Source: Lytechinus pictus
Taxonomy: Eukaryota
Length of the DNA: 64,000 bases
Assembly: GCF_037042905.1 (NCBI RefSeq)
Contig: NC_087251.1
Coordinates: 21,392,001-21,456,000, forward strand
Reading direction: 5' to 3'
Part shown: positions 10,901 through 23,949 of the stretch, piece by piece
Position numbering within the stretch: the stretch's first letter is position 1
Layout of the letters: each line of letters opens with the position of its first letter
The notes under the pieces: model-generated
What the model was told of the DNA's origin: nothing
Database searches by the model: none
The model's input: the letters and a program-made list of their open reading frames with translations, nothing else
Translations under genes and position numbers: made by a program

Positions 10901-13900
10901 ACCTTTGACCTTGAGCCTAAGGACACAGCCAGCGAGGCCCCGGACGCCTCTCAGTTCAAACCCCTAGAGTTCCAGACGACTGCCCTGACCCGGTCCAGCG
11001 TCCAGCTAACTTGGGATGAAAATGACAAGAGGAGGGCTAAGGAGACCGATGAACTCTTCAAGAGCAGGAAGAAGATGGAAGAGATGGAGTCTCATATCCA
11101 GGCATACCTAGCATCATCTAGTGAGGAGGAGGAGGAGGATGGTAGGAAGGATGGAGGTGAAGATGGTAAGTATTTACCATCACCTCTAATATTGACAGAG
11201 AATGTAGAATTGAAATAATTTTTCAGAAATACCCATTTCAAAGACTTTACAGGTTGCTGTAATTGTTGAGTCAGGAATAAGAGGTTAATGATTAGGGTTG
11301 GGCTTTATGTATGGTCTATACAAATTCTGGTAGGAAAAAAATAGTCAGCAAATTAAATTGGTGATTGCAATATAATTTTAGTGTATTTGCAAACCAAACT
11401 TCAGCCATTATACCAACTTGAAATGATATTTGTGCTGTTTATTTCATAAGTTTTTGTTTTATTTACAGGAATGAATGTCATTATTTGCAGTATATAAGTT
11501 CTGATAAAACAAAGTAAAGTAGGTTTGATACATAGAATGAATTCAATGTAATAACATAAAAAATAATGATTCAACATCACCATAATTATTGAAACTGTTA
11601 AACAGGTAAAGAGTGGTATATTTGTGAAGGTCATTTTTTATGTATGCTAGAAAAAGCATGTTGTGTATCTTTTTTCAGGAATCCAGTCAGTTATAGAGCT
11701 TTAGTAGCCTGATTTATGCTCTCAGCACCTTCACCATGTGGTAATTGAAATCACCCATTATACTTGAGCCTTAGCACATTGCCATCAATAGGGGGGGGGG
11801 GGTTACTGTCCTGTTCACTGGCCAAAGGAAGGCAGCAACTCTGATTTTGTTCCCCCAAAATTGACCTTTTTTATTGATTTGAGATATGTTTTGTATGCTC
11901 AGCATGATGGCATATGAATTGGAGTGGCATACCCTCCAATTTGCTGAATTCTAGACATTTCAAATGCAAGAAACTATATTCATTTCCACATAAAACAATG
12001 ACAGAATTTCCTCACTTACTAAGAAACTCATTCCATAGAGTTGCTTCCTTTTGTGTGGATGGCAGTGTTTATATTTTTATTTTTATAAAAAACAAGTTTA
12101 CTCCTAGTTACCAAGAATATGTAGAGCATTTTCATTTATTTGAATGCAGGATAAAAGAGCATTGGTGCCACGGCCAGGGAGCGAACCCTAGACTTTCCTT
12201 GTAAAGTCAGGCGCCTAAGACCACTTGGCAACAGCACCTCCATTTAGGTTCATGTTATTGATATTTATGTACTTCTTTGTGCGTCTCAGATTTAAATGAA
12301 GAGGGTAGTGAAAATGACAACCCTGAGAGCGAGAAGGACCGTATCAACAAATACCGGAATCTTCTGAAAGGCATAGAAGAGAAGGAGAAACAAGATGGAG
12401 ATAAAGATATGGAGATGGAGATTTCATGGGAACCAGGTAAATTAACATATCAACCATGTAAAACAGATGTGCATTGCCCATCCCACCTTAATCTCTTTCT
12501 CAGACCTTCCTGACTTCCATTTGCCTTAATGTGTGGCGATCTCATGTTGATTCACAGTTTACCTGCTTCAATTTCACACATTTGAACTTTATATGGCAAG
12601 AAAAGTTTATGAGATGAGAAGACTCAACTTCCCTGGCAGTTAAACTGACCTTCAGCACTTTTGATGGCAGATGTTAAAACTACTGGGAACATAGTATCTT
12701 ATTATTCTTATCCTGGATCTAATCTTCCTCCTGTTTAAATGAATTGTTTTGGATCTCAAAAGAGCTTACTTTAATGATTGTTCAGAAACATATTATTTAA
12801 GACCAAAAATATGCTTTAGTCTGATGGCATAATATGTTTTGCGTAATATAATTTTTTCCTGTTATTGTAGGGCTAAAGGAATCCACACAAGAAATAGTGA
12901 AGAAGAAAGCAGAATCCACAGATGCTACTCCATGGGAAAAATACTTGGAGAAGAAGAAGGAGAAAAAGAAAGAACGTAAGCAGGAAAGAAAGAAACTGAG
13001 AGCCCAACATGAAAATGTAAGCCATAAAAATGTATTTCAATTGAGCATTATCAAATACTTGCTGATATGTAACTGAATAGTTATACTCTAGGGTAGGGTT
13101 TATGTTTTTATGATATGAGATATACCCTATTGTGACTTGATTATTGAATTACATGTAGTGTTTCTGACTTCAGTTCCACAAAAGTGATTTCACAATCCAT
13201 TTGGGCAAGTTCCATGACTCAATACATGGCAATAAACACAACAAAATATCACTCACAATTCCTTTTAGTATTGGATAATTGTGTTGCCAATAAAGGTAAA
13301 ACTAGCACTCAAGTAGCAGAAAAGGGAAAGGGAAATGTTAATAATTGCATTCCAGATTTGACCTGTACTTCCCAGATCACCCTATCCTTTCAAGCTGTGC
13401 AGAGCCAACAAGCACCGGGGTTCCCAGCCCATCAGCAGACCTGCCAACTGTCCCGATTTTATCTGGATCGTCCCGATTTTCAACTTTCAAAATGGCAAAA
13501 AATTGGGACGTTCCGATTTTTTTCATGCTATGCTACTTACTGCGATTCACACAGCGCGTGTACAGTATGCCAGGGTTGAAAATACACGGGAGCAACGAGC
13601 GATTTGGCCCTCGTGTGCTTTGGAATCGCTCTCGCAACTGCCTAAAACTACCGAGCGACTCCCAACATGAAAATCACTCCCGTCCGCGCCCATCCAGTCT
13701 CCCATTTACGACTGTATATTAGTAGTAGTCAGACAGCCAGGCCAGCGCAGCCGCAGTTTGTACTTTCATGCATCGTCGCATTCTGACGTGTAACTGAGTG
13801 GATTTTTTAGAATCACGGGCGCGGCACTTCAGAAAAATGCGTATCGAGTTTCAAACTCTCGATATCCGTAGTACTATTTTTCAAAACGCTGCGCGGCACC

Positions 13901-16900
13901 AGGTCTCGCCGTAACTTTGATAGCAAAAAAATTCCTTTTCTATTGGACTAAATTTGCAAGAAAACAAGATCGTGAACTCTGAAGAAAATCACAGTTTTTT
14001 GTCTCACCTGCATAGCAGAGTGAGACTATAGGCGCCGCTTTTCCGACGGCGGCGGCGGCGGCGGCGGCGGCGGCGACGGCGGCGGCGGCGTCAACACCAA
14101 ATCTTAACCTGAGGTTAAGTTTTTGAAATGACAGCATAACTTAGAAAGTATATGGACCTAGTTCATGAAACTTGGCCATAAGGTTAATCAAGTATTACTG
14201 AACATCCTGCCTGAGTTTCATGTCACATGACCAAGGTCAAAGGTCATTTAGGGTCAATGAACTTAGACCATGTTGGGGGAATCAACATCAAAATCTTAAC
14301 CTAAGGTTAAGTTTTTGAAATGTCATCATAACTTAGAAAGTATATGGACCTAGTTCATGAAACTTATACATAAGGTTAATCAAGTATCACTGAACATCCT
14401 GCATGAGTTTCACATCACATGACCAAGGTCAAAGGTCATTTAGGGTCAATGAACTTTGGCCGAATTGGGGGTATCTGTTGAATTACCATCATAACTTTGA
14501 AAGTTTATGGATCTGATTCATGAAACTTGGACATAATAGTAATCCAGTATTACTGAACATCCTGTGCAAGTTTCAGGCCACATGATCAAGGTCAAAGGTC
14601 ATTTAGGGTCAATGAACTTTGGCCAAATTGGGGTATTTGTTGAATTACAGCCATAAATTTGAAAGTGTGTTGGTCTAGTTCATAAAACTTGGACATAATA
14701 GTAATCAAGTATCACTGAACATCCTGTGCGAGTTTCAGGTCACATGATCAAGGTCAAAGGTCATGTAAGGTCAAAGAACTTTGGCCACGTTGGGGGTATT
14801 TGTTGAATTGCCATCATATCTCTATAAGTGTATTGGTCTAGTTCATAAAACGTGGAAATAAGAGTAACCAAGTATCACTGAACATCTTGTGCGAGTTATA
14901 GTAGTTTTCAAAATCAGCACTGCTGCTATATTGAATCGCGTGATGCAGGTGAGACGGCCAGAGGCATTCCACTTGTTTTATTTTAGAGTAATTTTCGGAG
15001 ACTCCACTTCTCAAATCTGAACTAAGCCACTTGGTGCTCTGGCAATTTTCAGACCGAAATTAGGATTTTCTGTGGGGATTTTTGGTGAGTAACGGTCAGT
15101 GCCCGAGTGTATACATGTATTGGCGCTAATGCAGTTTCATACCCGCCTGCGTTGCGGTGATGATTGACTGTGAGCTGTGTGTTGCGGTGGTGATTGACTG
15201 AGTGCTGTGCTATGTTCAGTGGCTGAGCTGTGCTAGCGTAGGCATAGCCTAGCCTAGCTTGAGAAGTAGTTGACATTGTGATGTTAGCCATCAGGCTGTG
15301 GAGCATTCAATATTTAATAAAATAATTTTCAAGTGAGTTTTAGTCAAAAAGTATTTATGAAAAGGATTCCTCTGGCAAATTCTGTTCATATTTGATAAAC
15401 TTCATCCTTTTCAATTTGATGGACAAAAATGGATATTAAAAAAAGAAGTTAGAACGTATATTTAATTATATATACAAGAAGTAATGAGATACAAACAATA
15501 TACATTAGATCTACATGTAAATAGACAACAATAAAGAAAATAATAATTCAAAGATTGATAACAATGAAGAAAACATTAAATAGCAATTAAATAAACAATG
15601 TTTAACATTAAATAGATTTGTAAACAAGCAGGAAAAACTGCGATGCGAAACCATGCGCTGAATCACTTTTTTTTTAATGGCTCTGGAAAACTGAAAATGG
15701 CTCTCGTAAAATGAAAAATGGCTCTCCTTTATTTTTCAAAATGGCTCCCTAAAAATAAAAGTGATTTCAACACTGCCCTGAACCCCCGCAAGGGGCGCTG
15801 CCCCCGGACCCCCGGACGGTGGTTGTCCAGATTTTGGGTTTCCAAATGTTGGCAGGTATGCATCAGGGAAATCAGGGAAAATTATTTTACTTTTTTCCAG
15901 TCAGAGAAAATCAGGGAAGTTGAATTTTGCCTTGATTGATATAAGGATAAATAAATTTGTGCTAAATGTGTGCCATTGTATATCATATAAACCACAAATT
16001 TGCAAAATGAAGTTCCAAACATGATGCTTTGCAACAGATAAAATCTAATATATCTCCTTTTTGTCTCGCCTGCATAGCAGAGCGAGACTATAGGCGCCGC
16101 TTTTCCGACGGCGGCGGCGTCAACATCAAATCTTAACCTAAGGTTAAGTTTTTGAAATTACATCATAACTTAGAAAGTATATGGACCTAGTTCATGAAAC
16201 TTGAACATAAGGTCAATCAAGTATTACTTAATATCCTGCCTGAGTTTCAGGTCACATGACCAAGGTCAAAGGTCATTTAGGGTCAATGAACTTAGACCAT
16301 GTTAGGAGAATTATTTTCAAATCTTAACCGAAGGTTAAGTTTTTGAAATGATTTCATAACTTAGAAAGTATATGGACCTAGTTCATGAAACTTGGGCATA
16401 AGATTAATCAAGTATTAATGAACATCCTGCCTGAGTTTCAGGTCACATGACCAAGGTTAAAGGTCATTTAGGATCAATGAACTTTGGCTAAGTTGGGGGT
16501 ATTTGTTGAATTACCATCATAACTTTAAAAATTTACGGATCTAGTTCATGAAACTTGGACATTAGCTTAATCAAGTACCACTGAATATCCTGTGCGAGTT
16601 TCAGGTCACATGACCATGGTCAATGGTCATTTAAGGTCAATGAACTTTTGCCGTGTTGGGGGTCTTTGTTAAATTACCATGCTAACTCTGAAAGTTTATG
16701 GCTCTAGTTCATAAAACTTGGACATACGAGTAATCAAGTATCACTGGGCATCCTGTACGAGTTTCAGGTCACATGACCATGGTCAAAGGTCAAGGTCAAT
16801 GAACTTTGGCCGTGTTAGGGGTATTTGTTGAATTAACATCCTAACTCTGAAAGTTTATGGATCTAGTTCATAAAACGTGGGATATAAGAGTAATCAAGTA

Positions 16901-18818
16901 TCAATGAACATCCCCTGTGAGTTTCAGGTCACAAAACCAAGGTCAAAGGTCAGTTAAGGTCAATATACTTAGGCCATGGTGGGGTAATTGTTGAATTGCC
17001 ATCATAACTTTGAAAGTTTATGGATAGAGTGAATGAAATGTGGACATGGGTGTAGTTGACAAGTCTTAAGTCACCGTTCAAATGTCATCTATGGTCAATG
17101 AACGTGGTATTATGTCATTATATGAATGGTGTTTTTGTGAATGATTATTTTATAGTAGTTTTCAAAGTTAGCACTGCTGCTTTATTAAATCGCGTAATGC
17201 AGGCGAGACTGCCAGAGGCGTTCCACTTGTTATCTCTCTCCCTTGTACCTTCTCACTGTTTACCCTTCCCTTCTCTCTTCCCCTCACTCTTTTTCTTTCT
17301 AAATTTAGAAGTCTGATGAAAGTGAAGAACCAATGCAGGCTTTCAGTGACGATGAACTCCCAGATGATGTTGATCTGAATGACTCTTTCTTCAAGGATTC
17401 TCTCAAGGAAAGCAAATCAGGTATTATTCCAGACACAAGCAAAAAAATAGTTTATTGTGAATCATGATCAAAATTTAATATGTAAAGTATGATTTTATAT
17501 ATCCTAGAACATGAGCAGTCTCTTTGAACTTACCCTTTTTCCAAAGTGTGATACAACTCCCAATTTGTATTGTGGGGTAAATTAGAAAATGAAGAATAGG
17601 TGGAAGATTGAGAGGGAGGGGGCGGAGAAAGGGGAGAAAGAGAAGATGACTTTTCTGTTTATTTTTCCGGTTTAATCAGGTGGAAAAAGCAAAAAGAAGG
17701 GCAAGAAGGAAGAAGTCATGAAAACGGAGGAAGAATTGGAAGAAGAGAAGCAAAGGAAGGTAAGACACTGTCAACATAACACTTGCTTTGTGTAAATCAT
17801 AAGGTTTATTTTAATGGAGATTTGAAAGATTTGTTTCATTGCTAAGATAGAGTAAACAAATGATTGTGAAAAAAAAAGACTTGAAATTGTTGGGCTGGAT
17901 AGAAGTCAAATAAACTCATGAAGCCTGCTAGAGAAATTACCATTATGTCAGTGACACATGTACTCTAGGGTGATAGTGGATATTCTTCGCACAAAAAGGA
18001 AAAGTCCTAATAGGAAATTAATGAGACACATATATTGGTATTCTCCAAGCATTGTTTTGGCATATGCTAGATGATCTTATTACTGTTTATCTATTCTAAA
18101 AGATGTCCCTGATGAAGGTTTATATTGCTTTTGTTGTTTCATTGTGATTGAAACAGTAAGGTCACATTATCTGGGGTTGGTAAAATCTCATTGAATTTGT
18201 AAATAGTTATGGACTGTACAATGATAAACATGCAAGAGAGGGATCACGCAAATGCCTTTGAATCATCTGTAGGCAACTTTTGACTCATCTAGCAGTGGTT
18301 GAGATATGCCTTGCTTTACTTTTGCAATGGTGGTTAACTATATTTTCTTTGCTGTTTTTCTTCAACAGGCTGCTCTTGAATTGTTAATGCTGGATGAAGA
18401 GGATGATGGCAGGCAGCACTTTAACCTTAAGAACATCATGGAGAATGAGAACATGACAAAAAGCAAACGCAAGAGGCAACTGAAGCAACAGCGTAAGCTT
18501 GGCCAGCAGGAGGAAGCCCCAGCTGCCGTCCAAGACAACTTTGAGATCAACACAGCAGACCCTCGATTCGATGCCCTGTTCACATCACACGAGTATGCCA
18601 TCGACCCGTCAGATCCTCATTACAAGAAGACCAAAGCGATGGAGACATTGATCAGTGAGAAACAGAATAGGAGGGAGAAGAGAGAAGTGGAAGATGAAAA
18701 AAGAACTGTGGAGAAAAAAGAGAAAAAGATGGACGTAGAGGTTTCACAGCTTGTCAGATCTATCAAGAATAAGACGGAGCAGTTTCATTCAAGAAAGAAA
18801 CTCAAAACTGATGCATGA
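4920..18818 (+). CDS. ESF1: ESF1 homolog (nucleolar pre-rRNA processing protein, NUC153 domain), ~784 aa. Coding exons: 4920-5484, 5971-6272, 8456-8610, 9731-9844, 10882-11165, 12290-12436, 12871-13016, 17309-17420, 17680-17759, 18369-18818
   Basis: Recognisable ESF1 motifs: [90 protein letters not shown] and [25 protein letters not shown]. All introns are GT-AG with matching phases. Exons total 2355 nt, divisible by 3. The ATG sits in the context ccATGg. AATAAA at 19084-19089. Confidence 0.96.
6974..7966. mobile_element. hAT-like non-autonomous element (8-bp TSD) inserted into a smaller MITE (~6944-8070)
   Basis: CAGTGGCGTAC / GTTACGCCACTG; TSD GCAATGAT at 6966-6973 and 7967-7974. Internal repeated GCGAGCGCGAAGCGCGAGCTGAAA motifs. 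Host arms CACAAAGATTAGC / GCTAACCTTTGTG. Confidence 0.9.
8752..9018 (+). mobile_element. tRNA-derived SINE in ESF1 intron 3
   Basis: A box TGGTCCAGTGG (8760-8770), B box GAGTTCGAATCCC (8803-8815), tRNA-like head ending GCCA (8825), non-tRNA body, (CAAACAGAAA)n tail. AAACAAAG occurs on both sides as a possible TSD. Confidence 0.8.
12163..12240 (-). mobile_element. Degenerate tRNA-derived SINE head
   Basis: Minus strand reads TTGCCAAGTGGTCTTAGGCG...GGGTTCGCTCCCTGGCC, with A/B-box-like spacing but no good cloverleaf. Confidence 0.5.
13436..15860. mobile_element. TIR element (CAKACCTGCCAAC ends, 6-bp TSD) containing further nested elements
   Basis: CAGACCTGCCAAC (13436-13448) / GTTGGCAGGTATG (15848-15860); TSD CATCAG at 13430-13435 and 15861-15866. 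An inner inverted pair CAGGGTTGAAA (13571) / TTTCAACACTG (to 15775) has no visible TSD. Confidence 0.8.
13999..14977 (+). mobile_element. HINE/DINE-1-like (Helentron-associated) element, copy 1
   Basis: Inserted in a T run. 5' subterminal IR GTCTCACCTGCAT with hairpin GTCTCAC..GTGAGAC, (GGC)n microsatellite, 162-192-bp internal tandem repeats, 3' subterminal IR ATGCAGGTGAGAC (14943-14955), end CCACTTGTT. The class is inferred from architecture. Confidence 0.8.
16061..17231 (+). mobile_element. HINE/DINE-1-like element, copy 2 (related subfamily)
   Basis: GTCTCGCCTGCAT ... ATGCAGGCGAGAC; same internal repeat with one more unit; ends CCACTTGTT about 77 nt upstream of the ESF1 exon-8 acceptor. 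Confidence 0.8.
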
Positions 18819-19323
18819 CAAAATAAGGGCAACTCAGACATTGAACATTTCTATGTGACATAAGTCTCATCAGACATGAAGCAATTTTTACTATCCAACT
18901 TGAAGCTGCAAAAAGCTGCGGACCTATCTAATTCTTGAGAAAATTAGCACTGATATAACGTGGGCTTGTCTTTGCACTTTAAGACAAATATCTATATTTG
19001 AGGGTTGATGCTTATAACAAGCATTTATTAACAGATGTGAGATGACTTTCCTTGAAATATTTTGAATAAGGGCCATGATATTTAATAAATGTATTTGAGA
19101 ATGATTTTATAAGTGTCCCCTCCCCCACACCCGTTCCAAGGTCTACTACGACATTCATTCATTCTTTTAAACTGCATGAAAATTGAATTGAATTGATGCA
19201 GCTTTTTTTTACTCAAAAAGATGTGCTTTGTGATGCCATTGCATATGAAAAGCAAATTATTTTAGATGTAGACCTTTCATTGGTTACTGCAATTGACTGC
19301 TGCATTTTGACATTCAACATTAA

Positions 19324-19753
19324 AGGGGAAGTTCACCCTGACAAAAAAGTTGATTGTAAAAACAGCAAAAAAATATTGGTTTGAGGAAAATCCATCAAAT
19401 ATTTAAAAAAAAAAAGGTTATTAGTGATTTGTGACATCACATGCAAGCAGCTTCCACATATGTGAAATAAAAAAAAGCAGTGAAATGTAATTTTAACCAA
19501 AAAATGAACAGATGCATTATTTCACACCCACTCTTGAAAGAAAAAGGTAGTCTTAAACCATTAAAAAATTGAAATTTATGCATTTTTTACAACATATGGG
19601 GGAGCTTGTTGTATATGAGGTCACAGGTCAAAACCTCAAACTTCTTATAACTTAATCTTTGATGGATTTTCCTCAAACCTTCACATTACGGTATCTTTTA
19701 TTAATATTTGTAGTATTTTTACACCAAACTTTTCTTCAGGGTGAACTACCATT
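19324..19753. mobile_element. TTAA-flanked MITE (Kolobok-like)
   Basis: TTAA|AGGGGAAGTTCACCCTGA ... TCAGGGTGAACTACCATT|TTAA; internal arms are partly palindromic. Confidence 0.7.
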
Positions 19754-21955
19754 TTAATCATTACAAATGTGGTGCATATTTATCTACTACTAGGCTTAGG
19801 TAATTCATGTATATTGATACTTTGAGTCCAATGCCCCCAAAATAACCTGGGAATGTGGTGTATATGTATCATAATACTGTAATCAAATAATGATCAACAT
19901 GCTCAACAAAATCATGACTGTTTTCATGAACTGTTCCATGAGGGGTTCAGAAACCAGTTTCAGATAAATGCATTTAGCTGTCTGTCTGGTGACTGTACAA
20001 AGTATTGAATTTGATTTTCATTACCATGATAGTACATAATCTAATGAATGGAGTATGACTACTAAAGAAACTGAACTTTGGCGAGACAGCTGTACATTTG
20101 GCAGTCTAGTTTAAAATATATTGGATCCTGGGACGCTTTGTTTAATTATGATTCAGTATGAAATGTGCATAAATTCTGCAGATAATGGTACAAAACTTTA
20201 GAACGTTTTTTTTTAATTGGTGCATGTAGTTTCCTACAGATGGAAAAATGAAATTGTGATTCAAATAAATTTGCAGAAATTATAATATATGAAAGTTTCA
20301 TCTTCCTTTATAGTATTGGGAGCACACCATAATTATTAGTATAAGAATAAGCTTTATTTATCATATTTTGGAGAGAGGGTGCTAATTTTGAGTTAAGAGT
20401 CAAATTTGAATTTCCAAAATGAATCAGTGACAGTTGATAACACATTCACTACAATTGTTAAGATTTGGAAGAATAACAAATATTGGATGCACTTGAGTGG
20501 TTTATCAGATACATTGCATTCATCAGTATGAAATTTGCACAAGTTGAAGATGGGTGCAATATTTTTTTTGATGATTGCAAAAGATCCACGCAAGTGCTTC
20601 CAATATTATTTTTTATATGTATAAACCACTTCCCATAACAACAGCAATGGAGAACAAAAGAAGAAACAAAATTCAATCTGATCATTGAAATGCAACTTAC
20701 AAGTAGCTCTTGATGACATTATATGGTATAATTGCGCAATGAAGTACATGGAAAAAAAAAACAGTTTGGTACCGCTGACTTTTTATGTGGATTTAATCAG
20801 AATCCCTCAAATAGTCTCAAAACAAAAAAATCATAATTTTAGAACAATAAAATACACACTTTTGTAGACCCCCTCCCCATTTGCCAACCTCCAAAATACC
20901 TGTCTTTATTCTCAAAGGTGGGCTAAACCGCGTCATTTGACGTCATCGACACGGAGGCTAAATTTTGCATTTCTCGAAGGTGGGCTAAGTTAGCCCCCAG
21001 GGGATAGTTAGCCCATGGGCCAAATTTACCCCAGGCTAAGGAGGACAACCTTTGAGAATTTGGGCCATTAGGGTTGAGAACACATTTTTCATGAACAATA
21101 CTTCAACACACACAACACGATCCAAAATCAGATGATTCAAACTATCAAGGCGTAGTTTTATTTGATCAAAGTGCTTTTCACATAAAGAAAAACAAATAGC
21201 TGAAAAAAGTTCAGTTGATTATTATCATTATAGAAACAATAACGTAACACGAGTTGAAAATTAGAAGGCTTGGTGTAAGATCCTCATCATATAAGTTTGA
21301 TCTTATACAAAAATTAAAGAGGCTGTAGAATAGATAATAAATTATTTCATGATGATGGATCTCAGACATTTCTTGCTCAGACATGGTGAGACTAAAATGG
21401 AATATGAGGTGTCAAGGAATATGTTGCAGAGGCAAGAGCTTTGTTTTGTGCAAAGTGACAATAACTGGACTAATCACATTCTTTTATTTGGAAATGGTGC
21501 AAAATAGAAAAGGTTAGCCCATAATTAATGTCCAGATTTACATAAAAAATCATTTGACATCATATATTAAACACAATAACAAATTTGTCCGTGCACCTTT
21601 GCACCACTTCTGATACTTGAAAGGTATAATGCACATTTGTTGTGCAATGAGCAAGTTTATGATGTCACATCCCCACTAATTATTTTGTATCTAATAATAT
21701 GAAATTATATTTATTCAATTTTTTTCCTCTAAGAATAAAAAATGTTTGGATTCACTCCTCATGAGGACGTTTTTGGCAGTTTCACTCAGTCTGGATTGCC
21801 TATGAATTGCCCAGGATTGCTATCATCTGCATGTAAACAGAAACTTGTAAATATCACTCTTCTTGTACACACTGACATTAGAAAGGTTTAGATTTAGACT
21901 TTATATTGATTCTATCGACTCGCTTCAGGATATAAGAGTACAACTCATTTACAGT

Positions 21956-22914
21956 AAACAAGTGGAATGCCTCTGGCCGTCTCACCTGCATCACGCGATT
22001 CAATATAGCAGCAGTGCTGATTTTGAAAACTACTATAACTCGCACAAGATGTTCAGTGATACTTGGTTACTCTTATTTCCACGTTTTATGAACTAGACCA
22101 ATACACTTATAGAGATATGATGGCAATTCAACAAATACCCCCAACGTGGCCAAAGTTCTTTGACCTTACATGACCTTTGACCTTGATCATGTGACCTGAA
22201 ACTCGCACAGGATGTTCAGTGATACTTGATTACTATTATGTCCAAGTTTTATGAACTAGACCAACACACTTTCAAATTTATGGCTGTAATTCAACAAATA
22301 CCCAAATTTGGCCAAAGTTCATTGACCCTAAATGACCTTTGACCTTGATCATGTGACCTGAAACTTGCACAGGATGTTCAGTAATACTTGATTACTATTA
22401 TGTCCAAGTTTCATGAATCAGATCCATAAACTTTCAAAGTTATGATGGTAATTCAACAGATACCCCCAATTCGGCCAAAGTTCATTGACCCTAAATGACC
22501 TTTGACCTTGGTCATGTGATGTGAAACTCATGCAGGATGTTCAGTGATACTTGATTAACCTTATGTATAAGTTTCATGAACTAGGTCCATATATTTTCTA
22601 AGTTATGATGACATTTCAAAAACTTAACCTTAGGTTAAGATTTTGATGTTGATTCCCCCAACATGGTCTAAGTTCATTGACCCTAAATGACCTTTGACCT
22701 TGGTCATGTGACATGAAACTCAGGCAGGATGTTCAGTAATACTTGATTAACCTTATGGCCAAGTTTCATGAACTAGGTCCATATACTTTCTAAGTTATGC
22801 TGTCATTTCAAAAACTTAACCTCAGGTTAAGATTTGGTGTTGACGCCGTCGCCGCCGCCGTCGCCGTCGGAAAAGCGGCGCCTATAGTCTCACTCTGCTA
22901 TGCAGGTGAGACAA
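21956..22914 (-). mobile_element. HINE/DINE-1-like element, copy 3 (inverted, near-identical to copy 1)
   Basis: The reverse complement matches 13999-14977 almost base for base, apart from microsatellite length and a few substitutions. Confidence 0.85.
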
Positions 22915-23551
22915 AAATGAATATCTGACAGAGATACATAGAAAGGTCACTAAATAAATGATTACAGATACAAGCCTAGTATACTCATTTTCATACACAT
23001 CACTACCCTAATATTCACTGCAAGCCAAGACAAGCAGCTCTGAGACAAAACAGGAGTGTCTGGGAAATATGAAAAACAAACCATATGTATGTTGGGCATA
23101 AGTAAATAATATAAATCTTAAAACAGAACACTGATGCAAACATATAAGATAATATTGATGTTGATGTATCAAATGGTTCTAAAATAGTGGCGAGAACGAA
23201 AACGGGATGGTTAGTGGAAGATGAAGAAACATCGCCTGATTCACAAAGGTAATATTGGTACTTGAGCTACATAGTTCACACAGTGAAACAAACTTATGTT
23301 ATAAGGTGAAAGTTCTGTTATATCATAAATGAGGAATAGGATTTATCTTGTAAGGTTTGCCGACAGAGGGCGGCTTGGATGGGGAACAACTATGGCCTTA
23401 AAAGGGTTAGATTTGGCTGTCTTGTTGAGTCGAGTCATATTTTTAGACAAGCCAATGTATTTATGCTTAGATGTCAAATTATTTAATGTTTGAAAAATAA
23501 TATGAACCAAACAGCTCAGCAAGTTCAAGTGTGGATTTTTGTGGATTAACA

Positions 23552-23902
23552 CAGACCTGCCAACCAGTACGTTTTTTGCGTATTTAGTACGTTTTTGCAA
23601 CCAAAATACGGCAGTACGTTTTTTCTTTGAAAAATGTTTTTGTAAAATTTTTTTTTATTGATTTATTGAGGAAAAATCATCTCTATATGTCTCTATTTCA
23701 TAAAACTTAGGTGAGATATACACGTTTCAATGTTTTTTTTTTCATCTGCAAGAGCAGTGCGCATTTTAGCTTGCATGCAGCTTGAGCGCAGCGATGAGCG
23801 AGTGCGCCACGCATTTCATTATGAAATACACTTTTTTGGGAAAAATACTGTTTTTTTTTATCACAGAATACAATTTTTCATTCCCAGAGGTTGGCAGGTC
23901 TG
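23552..23902. mobile_element. MITE with CAGACCTGCCAAC TIRs (same ends as 13436-15860)
   Basis: Perfect CAGACCTGCCAAC / GTTGGCAGGTCTG; flanks TTAACA / TTAACG, a 6-bp TSD with one mismatch. Confidence 0.85.
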
Positions 23903-23949
23903 TTAACGGCTTCCACTCTTACACAGATTTTGCTATGCCGTTAGGAAGT

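Noticed and set aside
9845..12289. Intronic box C/D snoRNAs in ESF1
   Set aside because: TGATGA-like and CTGA motifs occur, but without terminal stems, suitable spacing or an rRNA-complementary guide that I could identify.
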